A stretch of 64,000 nucleotides of DNA, taken from assembly GCA_040397175.1 (NCBI GenBank), contig JBBAWM010000002.1:1-64000 (forward strand). The letters run 5' to 3'. Of the stretch, positions 1 through 9,238 are shown piece after piece; position 1 is the first letter of the stretch, and each line of letters begins with the position of its first letter. The notes below the pieces were generated by a model. The model was not told the DNA's origin. It saw only the letters and a program-made list of their open reading frames with translations, and made no database searches. The position numbers and the translations under genes were made by a program. The DNA is from Candidatus Limnocylindrus sp. GTDB lineage: Bacteria > Chloroflexota > Limnocylindria > Limnocylindrales > Limnocylindraceae.

Positions 1-12
1 GCAGCCGCACCC

Positions 13-88
13 GGGCGGTTAGCTCAGTTGGTAGAGCACCTCGTTTACACCGAGGGGGTCGGGGGTTCGAGCCCCTCACCGCCCACCA
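13..88 (+). tRNA. tRNA-Val (TAC)
   Basis: Cloverleaf GGGCGGT...ACCGCCC-A-CCA; anticodon arm CCTCG-TT TAC AC-CGAGG; TTCGA T-loop; CCA encoded. Confidence 0.97.
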
Positions 89-120
89 GCACCCCCGTTA
101 GCCTCCCCATGGGTGCCTCG

Positions 121-149
121 TTGCGCCCCTCGGCGGGGGAGGGTATCCT
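121..149 (+). promoter_or_regulatory. sigma70-type promoter for the Phe-Gly-Gln-Cys tRNA cluster
   Basis: TTGCGC (121-126), 17-nt spacer, TATCCT (144-149). Confidence 0.65.
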
Positions 150-191
150 TGCCGCCGTTGGTGCGTACGGTCGCGTGGCTGCGGGCGTCGG

Positions 192-267
192 GCCGAGATA
201 GCTCAGTTGGTAGAGCACGCGCCTGAAGAGCGCGGTGTCGCCAGTTCGAATCTGGCTCTCGGCACCA
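192..267 (+). tRNA. tRNA-Phe (GAA)
   Basis: GCCGAGA...TCTCGGC-A-CCA; anticodon arm CGCGC-CT GAA GA-GCGCG. Confidence 0.97.
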
Positions 268-283
268 CTAAAGGTTGAACGGT

Positions 284-359
284 GCGGAAGTGGCTCAGTT
301 GGTAGAGCATCACATTGCCAATGTGAAGGTCGCGGGTTCGAGTCCCGTCTTCCGCTCCA
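284..359 (+). tRNA. tRNA-Gly (GCC)
   Basis: GCGGAAG...CTTCCGC-T-CCA; anticodon arm TCACA-TT GCC AA-TGTGA. Confidence 0.97.
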
Positions 360-388
360 CTCCCTCCTTTGGGGACTCGAGGGGTCGT

Positions 389-462
389 TGCCCCTTCGTC
401 TAGTGGTAGGACAGCGGACTTTGGATCCGTGAACCGAGGTTCGAATCCTCGAGGGGCAGCCA
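389..462 (+). tRNA. tRNA-Gln (TTG)
   Basis: TGCCCCT...AGGGGCA-G-CCA; anticodon arm GCGGA-CT TTG GA-TCCGT; U1:A72 pair. Confidence 0.96.
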
Positions 463-472
463 GCACACACAG

Positions 473-549
473 GGCGACGTACCCAAGTGGTCTAAGGGGG
501 GGGTCTGCAAAACCCCTATTCGCCGGTTCGAATCCGGCCGTCGCCTCCA
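473..549 (+). tRNA. tRNA-Cys (GCA)
   Basis: GGCGACG...CGTCGCC-T-CCA; anticodon arm GGGGT-CT GCA AA-ACCCC; U73 discriminator. Confidence 0.96.
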
Positions 550-560
550 ACCTCCCACCG

Positions 561-589
561 TTGAAGCCCCCCGCACCCCCTGCTACACT
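561..589 (+). promoter_or_regulatory. sigma70 promoter of the rpsF operon
   Basis: TTGAAG (561-566), 17-nt spacer, extended -10 TGcTACACT (581-589). Confidence 0.75.
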
Positions 590-594
590 CACAG

Positions 595-668
595 CTGCCT
601 TTCGGCTCCGGCCCACTACGCAAGTCGCGTAGGGCGCACCGGGGCGAATCCATAGGAAGGAGTGGCCA
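595..668 (+). ncRNA. putative S6:S18 ribosomal leader (cis-regulatory RNA)
   Basis: 5' CCTTTC can pair with the SD-containing GGAAGG; internal hairpin GCTCCGG..CTACGC-AAGTC-GCGTAG..CCGGGGC; unpaired CCA just before the SD strand, as in the CCR-type S6:S18 element. Confidence 0.6.
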
Positions 669-1085
669 ATGCGCCGCTATGAGCTCATGCTAATTCTCCG
701 TCCCGACGTGACGGAAGTGCGCACGAAGGCGATCTTCGAGCGCACCACCCGCTCCATTACCGAGCAGGGCGGAACGATCCTGAAGGACGTTGCCTGGGGC
801 CGCCGCCGCATGGCGTATGAGATCGACCACGCCAAGGATGGCGTCTATCAGATCTACGTCTTCGAGGTTGCCGCATCGGCGATCGCCGAGATCGAGCGCG
901 TCCTCCTGATCACCGAAGAGGTGCTTCGTCACCTGGTGATCCGCGACGAGCGCAAGGGTGCCGCCGCACTGCGCGACTTCAATCTTGATGGTGGCTCACC
1001 AGCCCGACTCGAGCTTGACGCCGATGACACTGAAGGCGAAATCGCCGCCGCAGCTGCAGCAGCCGCTGCAGCCGACGGGGAGTAG
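669..1085 (+). CDS. rpsF: 30S ribosomal protein S6 with acidic/Ala-rich tail
   Basis: MRRYELMLILRPD, WGRRRMAYEI, EEVLRHLVIR motifs; SD GGAAGGAG. Confidence 0.97.
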   Translation: MRRYELMLILRPDVTEVRTKAIFERTTRSITEQGGTILKDVAWGRRRMAYEIDHAKDGVYQIYVFEVAASAIAEIERVLLITEEVLRHLVIRDERKGAAALRDFNLDGGSPARLELDADDTEGEIAAAAAAAAAADGE

Positions 1086-1088
1086 TCC

Positions 1089-1529
1089 ATGTCGTTCGCG
1101 AAGATCAGCATCATCGGAAACCTTGGTGCCGACCCAGAGCTGAAGTACACCGCCGATGGCAAGCCGCGACTGGAGATGCGCGTTGCCACCAATGAGCGTC
1201 GTAAGGCTGCTGGCGGCGACTGGGAAGATAAGACCACCTGGTACCGCGTCATCATGTTTGGTGAGCGATCGGTGAAGTTGGCTGAGTGGCTCCGCAAGGG
1301 GCGCAAGGTCTACGCCGAGGGCCGACTGCAGGTTGACCTGTACGACTCCAAAGAGGGCGAGAAGCGCGTTGCGCTCGACATCCTCGCGAGCGAAGTCGTC
1401 ATCGTGGATCGCAATCCTGACGCTGATCCGAACGCGCCACGCGCGCCGCGATCGGCCGCACCGAGCCAGGGTGCTCCCGAAGAGAGCAACCAGTCGGCGC
1501 CGAGCGATCTCGACGACCTTCCTTTCTAA
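1089..1529 (+). CDS. ssb: single-stranded DNA-binding protein
   Basis: IIGNLGADPELKYT, LRKGRKVYAEGRL, C-terminal DDLPF; rpsF-ssb-rpsR synteny. Confidence 0.97.
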   Translation: MSFAKISIIGNLGADPELKYTADGKPRLEMRVATNERRKAAGGDWEDKTTWYRVIMFGERSVKLAEWLRKGRKVYAEGRLQVDLYDSKEGEKRVALDILASEVVIVDRNPDADPNAPRAPRSAAPSQGAPEESNQSAPSDLDDLPF

Positions 1530-1561
1530 ACCCAACCACATCGAATTGAGAGGAGCACACC

Positions 1562-1831
1562 ATGCCTGAGGCACCAAAGCGATTCAAGAAGCGTGATGAC
1601 AAGTTCGGCGCAGGGCGACGTCGTCGCGTCTGCTCGTTCTGCAGCGATAAGCAGGGATACATTGACTACAAGGAGATCAATCGTCTCCGCCGCTATCTCT
1701 CAGACCGCGCCAAGATCGAGCCACGTCGCAAGACGGGCACGTGCGCACAGCATCAGCGTGAAGTGACCGCAGCGCTCAAGCGCGCTCGGCAGATGGCGCT
1801 CTTGCCGTACGCACCGCAGCACCAGGGCTAG
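1562..1831 (+). CDS. rpsR: 30S ribosomal protein S18 (Zn-binding form)
   Basis: [35 protein letters not shown]. Confidence 0.97.
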   Translation: MPEAPKRFKKRDDKFGAGRRRRVCSFCSDKQGYIDYKEINRLRRYLSDRAKIEPRRKTGTCAQHQREVTAALKRARQMALLPYAPQHQG

Positions 1832-1850
1832 GTCTGGTAGGGGGCTGACC

Positions 1851-2789
1851 ATGGCGAAGAGCACCGGCCACGAGTTTGACGGGATCACCGCCTATTTAGA
1901 GGGGGACTTCCGGCCGCTGGTTGATGCCAAGGTAAGCGTTATGACGCATGCGTTCCTCTATGGCACAGCGTGCTTTGAGGGAATTCGCGCCTACTGGAAC
2001 GCGGACGAACAGCAACTCTTTGCGCTGAAGGTGACCGAACACCTCGAGCGTATGCGCTCCTCCTGCAAGATCTTGCTCATGGACCCGCTGCCAGATGTGC
2101 AGGAGGTTAAGGGTATCGTCGTCGAGCTCCTGAAGCGCAACGCCTTTAAAGAGGACGTCTACATTCGGTCAAGCGTCTACAAGAGCACCAAGGCGATCGG
2201 CGTACGACTCCATGGGCTGGAGAACGACCTCTATGTTGTCTCTGTGCCGTTTGGCGACTACATCGATACGGCGACGGGCATTCGCTGTGCGACCGTCGCC
2301 ACGCGCCGGACCTCGGATCTCGCCATTCCAGCGCGAGCCAAGGTCGCTGGCAACTATGTGAACAGCGCCTTCTCGAAGAGCGAGGCAGGGCTGAACGGCT
2401 TTGACGAGGCGATCGTGCTGACCGAGGCGGGGAAGGTCTCCGAAGGCTCCGCCGAGAACCTCTTCATGGTGCGCGGCGGCAAGCTGATCACCCCTGGCGT
2501 TAACGACGACATCCTCGAGGGGATCACGCGCGCGGGCATCATTGAGATTGCCGCCGAACTTGGCATTCCAGTGGCCGAGCGACAGATCGACCGCAGCGAG
2601 CTCTACATTGCCGACGAGATCTTCCTCGTAGGAACGGGCGCGCAGGTTTCCCCAGTGATTGAGGTCGATCATCGATCTGTCGGGACCGGGAAGATTGGCG
2701 AGCTAACGAAGCGAATCCAGAGCCGCTACTTTGACGCCGTGCGAGGCAAGGTGCCCGCCTACAAGCACTGGCTCACCCCGATCTACTAA
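1851..2789 (+). CDS. ilvE: branched-chain amino acid aminotransferase (PLP fold IV)
   Basis: THAFLYGTACFEGIRAY, AKVAGNYVNS, SEGSAENLF, LEGITR, GTGAQV. Confidence 0.93.
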   Translation: MAKSTGHEFDGITAYLEGDFRPLVDAKVSVMTHAFLYGTACFEGIRAYWNADEQQLFALKVTEHLERMRSSCKILLMDPLPDVQEVKGIVVELLKRNAFKEDVYIRSSVYKSTKAIGVRLHGLENDLYVVSVPFGDYIDTATGIRCATVATRRTSDLAIPARAKVAGNYVNSAFSKSEAGLNGFDEAIVLTEAGKVSEGSAENLFMVRGGKLITPGVNDDILEGITRAGIIEIAAELGIPVAERQIDRSELYIADEIFLVGTGAQVSPVIEVDHRSVGTGKIGELTKRIQSRYFDAVRGKVPAYKHWLTPIY

Positions 2790-2804
2790 ACCCGGGGGCG
2801 CCCT

Positions 2805-4442
2805 CTACGGGGCGATGGTCGGAACATCGGCGCCAGTAATGATCTCCACATCGACCGTGACGGTCGGATCGTCAATGCGCGTCGCCGTTAGTCCAAGGAG
2901 CCGCTCCAACAGGGCAAGGGAGACCGGCATTCGCTGCTCGGCACCGTTGTAGACGACGAAGCGAGTAGTGAGCAGGCCGATCTCGCCCGGCGTGATGCCG
3001 GTTGGCACTGAGGCATCGAGGCCCGCGCGAGTTAGGGCTGCGGCTAGGACTCCAGCCTCGCCCTTTCGCCCCGTCCCATTCAGTACCCAGATGCGGGCGG
3101 CCTCCCTGGCGAGTGCATCGGCTTCGCGCTCCTCCTTCGTTGGTTGCGCGGTGAATGCCTTGAGCACAGCCGCGCGGATCTTCGCAACGTCTGGGGTGAT
3201 GATGTACCCGCGGGCGTCCGATCCAACAACTTGATAGGTCGGTGGTGTGAAAACAACGCTTCGGATGCTTCCTGCATCAATTTGCCCAATGAGGTCCAAG
3301 AGTAGTGGGAGATCCTGCTGCGGAAAGTCACTCTTCAGTGAGTCTTTTAGTGCCGTGGCGAGCGATGGGAGGTTTCTGCTGATCGCAGCCATGTCACTCT
3401 GGGCACGGATTGCGGAGATCACCTGCTGCTGTCGGGCCGCACGATCGAAGTCAGAACTGCCGTGTCGTGATCGGGCAAAGATCAGCGCCTCGGCACCATC
3501 CATGGCGTGGACCCCTGCGAGGAGGTGAATTCGTACGTGCTGCCCACCGCCAAGTGGATACGAATCGTCGGTGACTGGATTGCGCGCAGTTACACGTACG
3601 CCATCAAGGGCATCGACGATCTCCTGGAAACCGGAGAAATTCACCATCAGCGAGTAATCGATCTTCATGCCGTAGAAGTTGCCGAGCATCTCACGCAGCG
3701 CAGGCATGGGGCCTTCGGGGAATACCTCTGGATGCCGACTGGCTGAGGCGTAGTACGAATTGATCTTGTTTCCATAGGTTGCACCGTAGAGGCGTTGCGC
3801 CGCCATCGGAACGGGGAAATCAACCGTGTCGCGTGGGATGCTGAACATTGTCACCGTTCCATTGACCGGATCAACGCTGGCAACGATCAGTGTGTCGGTG
3901 TTGAATGAGGTGCTACTGCCTCGTTGGTCGATGCCGACGAGCAGCACGTTGAGTCGCTCCTTCCCGTCCCATCGCGGCGCCGGGGTGGCACCTGGGGTTT
4001 CCGTTCCCGAAGAGAAGATGCCGCCGACGAGCTCAGATGCGGTGGCGACGTAGCTGCCCATGATCAAGTGGAGCGAGAGGGCGGCGATGAGCGCGACGAC
4101 AAGTCCGGTGAGTGAGGTGCCCATGGAGCGAAGCCCGCTCTCTCGCCGAATGGCCCCGCGCCAGGCATCGGCGGCGGCGGCACCGCGCCAGGCGGCAAGC
4201 AGAATATTGAGAATTCCAGCCGCACTCAGTCCGAAGGGGGTGATGAGGAGGCCAACGAGACCGGGCAAACCGTCGGCCGCGACGATGCCGCCGACGAGGG
4301 CGAGGAGGAGGGTAGGCGGCGCAAGGAAAAGCAGCGCCGCTCTCCAGCGCCGCTCATAGAAGTGCCCAAACCCCGGTACGACGAGCGAAAAGACAGCCGC
4401 GGCGAAAGCTGAGCGTCGCGGGGTCTCGGAGGGTTGGCTCAT
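2805..4442 (-). CDS. LCP (LytR-CpsA-Psr) family protein with N-terminal TM helices and a LytR C-terminal domain
   Basis: NVLLVGID..NTDTLIV..SIPRD..KINS..FARSRHGSSDFDRAARQQQV; C-terminal VLNGTGRKG. Start moved to ATG 4442 (TATGGT -10 lies 7 nt upstream). Confidence 0.9.
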   Translation of the reverse strand: MSQPSETPRRSAFAAAVFSLVVPGFGHFYERRWRAALLFLAPPTLLLALVGGIVAADGLPGLVGLLITPFGLSAAGILNILLAAWRGAAAADAWRGAIRRESGLRSMGTSLTGLVVALIAALSLHLIMGSYVATASELVGGIFSSGTETPGATPAPRWDGKERLNVLLVGIDQRGSSTSFNTDTLIVASVDPVNGTVTMFSIPRDTVDFPVPMAAQRLYGATYGNKINSYYASASRHPEVFPEGPMPALREMLGNFYGMKIDYSLMVNFSGFQEIVDALDGVRVTARNPVTDDSYPLGGGQHVRIHLLAGVHAMDGAEALIFARSRHGSSDFDRAARQQQVISAIRAQSDMAAISRNLPSLATALKDSLKSDFPQQDLPLLLDLIGQIDAGSIRSVVFTPPTYQVVGSDARGYIITPDVAKIRAAVLKAFTAQPTKEEREADALAREAARIWVLNGTGRKGEAGVLAAALTRAGLDASVPTGITPGEIGLLTTRFVVYNGAEQRMPVSLALLERLLGLTATRIDDPTVTVDVEIITGADVPTIAP

Positions 4443-4449
4443 AACGAGA

Positions 4450-4455
4450 ACCATA
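4450..4455 (-). promoter_or_regulatory. -10 element predicting a leaderless LCP mRNA
   Basis: Minus-strand TATGGT, 7 nt, then ATG 4442; no SD. Confidence 0.55.
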
Positions 4456-4485
4456 CCGCCTCATGGCGAAGGGGGGTGCCCCCGT

Positions 4486-4514
4486 TTGCCATGTCGGGGG
4501 TGGCGTGGCACGCT
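4486..4514 (+). promoter_or_regulatory. promoter predicting a leaderless ileS mRNA
   Basis: TTGCCA (4486-4491), 17-nt spacer, TGg-CACGCT (4509-4514), 7 nt, then ATG 4522; no SD and no T-box. Confidence 0.55.
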
Positions 4515-4521
4515 CCTCTCA

Positions 4522-7500
4522 ATGTTTAACCCTGTTGATTCGAAGCCTGACCTGATCGGCCTGGAGCACCAGATGCTGGCGCGCTGGCGTGCCGAGGGAA
4601 CGTTCGATCGCCTACGCGCGCAGACGGCTGGTGGCGAGCCCTGGTCGTTCCTTGATGGACCGATCACCGCGAACAATCCCATGGGCGTCCACCATGCCTG
4701 GGGCCGCACGTACAAGGATCTCTTCCAGCGTTTCCGTGCGTCACTTGGGCATGAACTCCGCTGGCAGCAAGGGTTCGATTGTCAGGGCCTCTGGGTCGAG
4801 GTCAATGTTGAGAAGGAGCTCGGTCTGACCTCGAAGCGCCAGATCGAGGAGCGTGGCCTCGCCGAATTCATCCAACTCTGCAAGCAACGGGTGCTGACGT
4901 ACGCAGCGCGACAGACCGAACAGTCAATTCGCCTTGGCATGTGGATGGATTGGAACGACCCGGCAGACCTCTTGCGCCTCCGTGACGCGCTCAGCGCTAC
5001 GCCAGGGAGCGAGATGGCGATTGCTGGTGCCGCCGGAGAGGTGCGTGGAACGCCAGAGCGCCTGATCGGGCAGCTCGGCGCACCCGAGATCGGTGGCTCG
5101 TACTTCACCTTCTCTGACGAGAATAACGACCTGATCTGGAGCTTCCTCGCCGAATGCAACCGTCGCGGCTGGCTCTATAAGGGGAGCGACAGCATGCCGT
5201 GGTGCACTCGGTGTGGCACAGGTATTAGCCAGCACGAGATGACGGAAGGGTATGCCGACCGAGACGACCCCTCCGCCTACTTCTCCTTCCCACTCGTTGA
5301 TCGACCGGGTGAAGAGCTCCTGGCATGGACGACGACGCCGTGGACGATTCCAGCAAACGTCGCCGCTGCGGTGAACCCGTCGCTCTCGTATGAACTGGTG
5401 GAATTTGATGGGCGCAAGCTCTGGATCGGTGCCACACGCCGCGTCGCGGCACTTGGCGGTGGCGCACCTCGTGCCAAGGTGCTTGAGACCAAGCAGGGGA
5501 GCGAGCTGGTGGGATGGCGCTACCGCGCCACGTTCGACGCCGCCCCAGCCGTAACGGAGGCACTCGGAGTAGACGGTGCCGCGCACCGCGTCATCGCCTG
5601 GGGTGATGTTGGCGCGGAGGAGGGGACGAGCATCGTGCACATCGCCCCCGCTTGCGGAAGTGAAGATCACGCCCTCTGCGTTACTGAAGGGCTGCCGATG
5701 ATCTCGCCCATCGATGAGAGCGGTATCTACCTCGAGGGTTTCAATGATCTCATCGGCAAAGATTGGCTCGCCGTTACCGATCTCGTCTTTGCGGCGCTTG
5801 AGCAGAGCGGCAGCCTCCTACGTCGCGAGAAGATCACCCATCGATATCCGCACTGCTGGCGCTGCGCAACGCCGCTTGCCTTCCGACTGGTCGATGAGTG
5901 GTTCATCAGCATGGGCACCACCTACGAGAAGCCCCGCGAGCAGCTGAGCCCAGCCGAGAAGGCGGCAAGCCTCCGCTATCAGATCATGGATGTGGTTGAC
6001 AACATTTCCTGGCTCCCCGCATTCGGACACGATCGGGAGCTGGACTGGCTTCGCAACATGAGCGACTGGATGATTTCCAAGAAGCGCTATTGGGGCTTGG
6101 CACTGCCGATCTACGAGTGCGACGTGTGCGGCACGGTCGAGGTGCTTGGCTCGCGCGCAGAGCTTGAGAAGCGTGCCACTGCCGGGCTTGATGCGCTTGC
6201 GGGGCATAGCCCGCACCGCCCATTTATCGATGAGGTACGTATCGCCTGTGCGAAGTGCGGGGGCGAGGTGCGCCGTGTTCCCGATGTGGGGAATCCATGG
6301 CTCGACGCGGGGATCGTCTCGCTTTCGACGATGCGATATCGCAGTGATCCCGAGTACTGGAAGCGTTGGTTCCCCGCAGCACTGATTACGGAGAGCTTCC
6401 CCGGCCAGTTCCGCAACTGGTTCTATTCGCTGCTCGCCATGTCGACGGTGATGGTCGGAAGCGAGCCAACGAAGACCGTGTTCGGTTACGGACTTGTCTT
6501 TGCCGAAGACGGTCGGCAGATGCACAAGAGTTGGGGGAACTCCATTGAATTTGATGAGGCGGCCGATCGCATGGGTGCCGACGTCATGCGCTGGCTCTTT
6601 GCTGGTTCCCGCCCCGAAGAGAACGTGCACTTCGGTTGGAACGGGGCTGATGAGGCCCGCCGCAAGCTCCTGGTTCTATGGAACGTGTACGCCTTCCACA
6701 TCGGCTATGCGAATAGCGCCGGCTGGCGCCCCGGCAACGCAGCACGCCCCGTGGCCGAACGGGGTGCCATGGACCGCTGGATCCTGAGCCGTACCGCCAA
6801 CCTCGTGGCGAGTGTCGAGGGGGCACTCCTCGGCTATGACGCCGAATCGGCCGTTGCACGGTTGGAGGTCGCCATCGATGAGCTCTCCACCTGGTACCTG
6901 CGCCGCTCTCGAGATCGCTTCGACCTCGCCGCCCCAGAGGCGGATCGAAACGATGCCTTTGCGAGCCTTCATGAGGCCCTTGTGACCCTGCTACAGGCAG
7001 CCTCGTCGATTGCACCAATGCTCACCGATGCCATCTACACAAACCTTGTCGCCGACGGGGCAACGAGCAGCATCCACCTTCAGCCGTGGCCACGGGAGCG
7101 TGTGCAACATTGGCGTGATCCGGCGCTTGAGGATGCGATGAGCCGGGTGATCCGTGCTGCCGAACTAGGGCGCTCCGTGCGCAGCGCCGCCTCAATCCGA
7201 ACCCGCCAGCCGCTTGCGCTCGCGCGGGTCGTCTTCGGTGGCAAAACCCCCCACGCTGAGCTCCTTGCAATCCTGGCCGACGAACTGAATGTGAAGCGCG
7301 TTGAGCCAGTCACTGATGCATCAGGACTCTTTGAGCGCAAGGTCAAGGTGCTACTCCCGAAGGTTGGCAAGCGCCTCGGTGACAAGCTGCAGGCAGTTCT
7401 TGCTGCTGCGCGAACGGGCGATGTTGAATTCCTTGATCGTGGGGCTGTTCGCATTCAAGGACTCGATTTTGCGCCAGACGAGATCGAGATCCAGGCAATC

Positions 7501-7827
7501 CCACGCCAAGGAGGCTTCGTTGCGGAGGGGGGCGGCCTCGTCGTCGAACTTGAGACCGCCCTCACGCCTGAACTGGTCGCGGAGGGTGATGTCCGCGAGC
7601 TCTCCCGTGCGGTGCAGGATCTGCGTAAGCGAGCTGGGCTACAGATAGGCGATCCCATCGCGGTCTACCTTCCCGAATCAGCTCGCTCCATTGCCGCATA
7701 CAGCGAACAACTTGCACAGAGTGTTGGTGCGCGCACGGTCACATTCGATGGGAGCGTTGGCGAGAGCGCCGACCAGATTGAGCTCTCCTTTGGCGTCACT
7801 GCGTTCTCGTTCAGTCGGTTCGCCTGA
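4522..7827 (+). CDS. ileS: isoleucyl-tRNA synthetase, type 2
   Basis: FLDGPITANNPMGVHH, WTTTPWT, YPHCWRC, DWMISKKRYWG, QMHKS; upstream of lspA. Start revised to ATG 4522. Confidence 0.95.
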   Translation: MFNPVDSKPDLIGLEHQMLARWRAEGTFDRLRAQTAGGEPWSFLDGPITANNPMGVHHAWGRTYKDLFQRFRASLGHELRWQQGFDCQGLWVEVNVEKELGLTSKRQIEERGLAEFIQLCKQRVLTYAARQTEQSIRLGMWMDWNDPADLLRLRDALSATPGSEMAIAGAAGEVRGTPERLIGQLGAPEIGGSYFTFSDENNDLIWSFLAECNRRGWLYKGSDSMPWCTRCGTGISQHEMTEGYADRDDPSAYFSFPLVDRPGEELLAWTTTPWTIPANVAAAVNPSLSYELVEFDGRKLWIGATRRVAALGGGAPRAKVLETKQGSELVGWRYRATFDAAPAVTEALGVDGAAHRVIAWGDVGAEEGTSIVHIAPACGSEDHALCVTEGLPMISPIDESGIYLEGFNDLIGKDWLAVTDLVFAALEQSGSLLRREKITHRYPHCWRCATPLAFRLVDEWFISMGTTYEKPREQLSPAEKAASLRYQIMDVVDNISWLPAFGHDRELDWLRNMSDWMISKKRYWGLALPIYECDVCGTVEVLGSRAELEKRATAGLDALAGHSPHRPFIDEVRIACAKCGGEVRRVPDVGNPWLDAGIVSLSTMRYRSDPEYWKRWFPAALITESFPGQFRNWFYSLLAMSTVMVGSEPTKTVFGYGLVFAEDGRQMHKSWGNSIEFDEAADRMGADVMRWLFAGSRPEENVHFGWNGADEARRKLLVLWNVYAFHIGYANSAGWRPGNAARPVAERGAMDRWILSRTANLVASVEGALLGYDAESAVARLEVAIDELSTWYLRRSRDRFDLAAPEADRNDAFASLHEALVTLLQAASSIAPMLTDAIYTNLVADGATSSIHLQPWPRERVQHWRDPALEDAMSRVIRAAELGRSVRSAASIRTRQPLALARVVFGGKTPHAELLAILADELNVKRVEPVTDASGLFERKVKVLLPKVGKRLGDKLQAVLAAARTGDVEFLDRGAVRIQGLDFAPDEIEIQAIPRQGGFVAEGGGLVVELETALTPELVAEGDVRELSRAVQDLRKRAGLQIGDPIAVYLPESARSIAAYSEQLAQSVGARTVTFDGSVGESADQIELSFGVTAFSFSRFA

Positions 7828-8297
7828 TGAGGCGAGCGACGCTGCTCTTGATCGCCCTCTCGCTCATTGCAGTGGACCGGGGATGCAAGATGCTGGTTGA
7901 TGGGATTGACCTTGGTACCCCCCACCAACTGATCGGTTCATTTCTCCAGATTATCCGTGGCGAGAATCGTGGTGGCCTATTCGGTATCGTGCAAGGGAGC
8001 GCGCCCATCCTCGCCGTGCTCAGCCTCGGCGTGATCCTAGCGCTGGTCTTCTATCACGAGCGTGAGGGAGTTCGGCACGTGTCGCCACTGACCATTGGGG
8101 TCGGTCTGCTTATTGGTGGCGCCATAGGGAATTTTATCGACCGCATGGCTTTCGGGTACGTACTTGATTTCGTCGATATTGGGGTGGGTAGCCTTCGGTT
8201 CTGGACTTTCAACATCGCGGATGCTGGGATTAGTCTCGGGATCGTGATTTTGTTCATAGATACGGTGTGGCGTTCTCGTAGTACGGTTCGAGCATGA
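7827..8297 (+). CDS. lspA: lipoprotein signal peptidase II
   Basis: NRGGLFG, GGAIGNFIDR, VLDF, FNIAD; hydrophobic. Confidence 0.93.
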   Translation: MRRATLLLIALSLIAVDRGCKMLVDGIDLGTPHQLIGSFLQIIRGENRGGLFGIVQGSAPILAVLSLGVILALVFYHEREGVRHVSPLTIGVGLLIGGAIGNFIDRMAFGYVLDFVDIGVGSLRFWTFNIADAGISLGIVILFIDTVWRSRSTVRA

Positions 8298-9238
8298 GCG
8301 AGGCACGTGAACTTGATCTGCCGATCCCACCTGAGGCGGCGCGGCAGCGTGCGGACCGCTTTGTGGCTGATCGAAGCGGTCTCTCGCGCTCGTTCGTGCA
8401 GCGACTCATCTCAGAGGGGCATCTCACGATGGGCGGCCTCATCGTGCGCGCGAGCGCAACGCTCGTCGCAGGGCAGACGCTTCACCTCGTGATCCCGCCG
8501 GTGAGCGAGGCGACGCTGCTCGCCGAAGATATCCCCCTCACGGTGGTGTACGAAGACGAGGACATCGTGGTGGTCAATAAGCCCGCCGGCCTTGTCGTCC
8601 ATCCGGCACCTGGACATGCAACCGGCACCCTCGTGAATGCGCTCCTGCACCATGTGGAGGAGTTACCAGGAATCGCCGGAGTGGCGCGTCCCGGGCTCGT
8701 GCATCGCCTCGATAAAGACACCAGCGGCCTGCTGATCGTTGCCAAGGGTGACGTGGCGCAGCTAAGTCTGATGGCGCAGCTGAAGGCGCGACGCATCAAG
8801 AAGACCTACCTCGCGTTAGTTCAGGGTTCGGTAGCCGCCGAACTCGGGCGCATCGAGGCGCCGATCGGACGAGATCCGAATGAGCGAAAGCGCATGGCGG
8901 TGGTCGCGGGTGGTCGCGAGGCGACGACAGGGTACCGAGTGCGGGAGCGATTCCCAGGGTGGACTCTCCTTGAGGTGGACCTCATCACCGGCCGCACCCA
9001 CCAGATTCGCGTGCACCTTACGGAGATCGGGCATCCAATCGCCGGTGACCCAACCTATGGGAACGGCACCAGCCGACGCGGCCCCGAGGGGACAACGCGC
9101 CTCTTCCTTCACGCCTGGAAGATTGTCTTTGCTCACCCGCGTGATGGGCGTTTGATGCGCCTCGAGGCTGAACTCCCCGCCGATCTGCAGGCGCCCCTTG
9201 ATGCGCTACGGTTGCACTCCAGCAGGGGGGAGGGGTGA
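8294..9238 (+). CDS. rluD: RluA/RluD family pseudouridine synthase with S4 domain
   Basis: VNKPAGLVVHP, HRLDKDTSG, TGRTHQIRVH, GDPTYG, LHAW. Confidence 0.92.
   Translation: MSEARELDLPIPPEAARQRADRFVADRSGLSRSFVQRLISEGHLTMGGLIVRASATLVAGQTLHLVIPPVSEATLLAEDIPLTVVYEDEDIVVVNKPAGLVVHPAPGHATGTLVNALLHHVEELPGIAGVARPGLVHRLDKDTSGLLIVAKGDVAQLSLMAQLKARRIKKTYLALVQGSVAAELGRIEAPIGRDPNERKRMAVVAGGREATTGYRVRERFPGWTLLEVDLITGRTHQIRVHLTEIGHPIAGDPTYGNGTSRRGPEGTTRLFLHAWKIVFAHPRDGRLMRLEAELPADLQAPLDALRLHSSRGEG

Noticed and set aside
1-600. tRNA cluster as an integration site
   Set aside because: No integrase, duplicated tRNA 3' end or foreign cargo; followed directly by the rpsF operon
45-632. Four ORFs of 65-141 aa over the first 630 bp
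   Set aside because: They are translations of the five tRNA genes and their antisense strand
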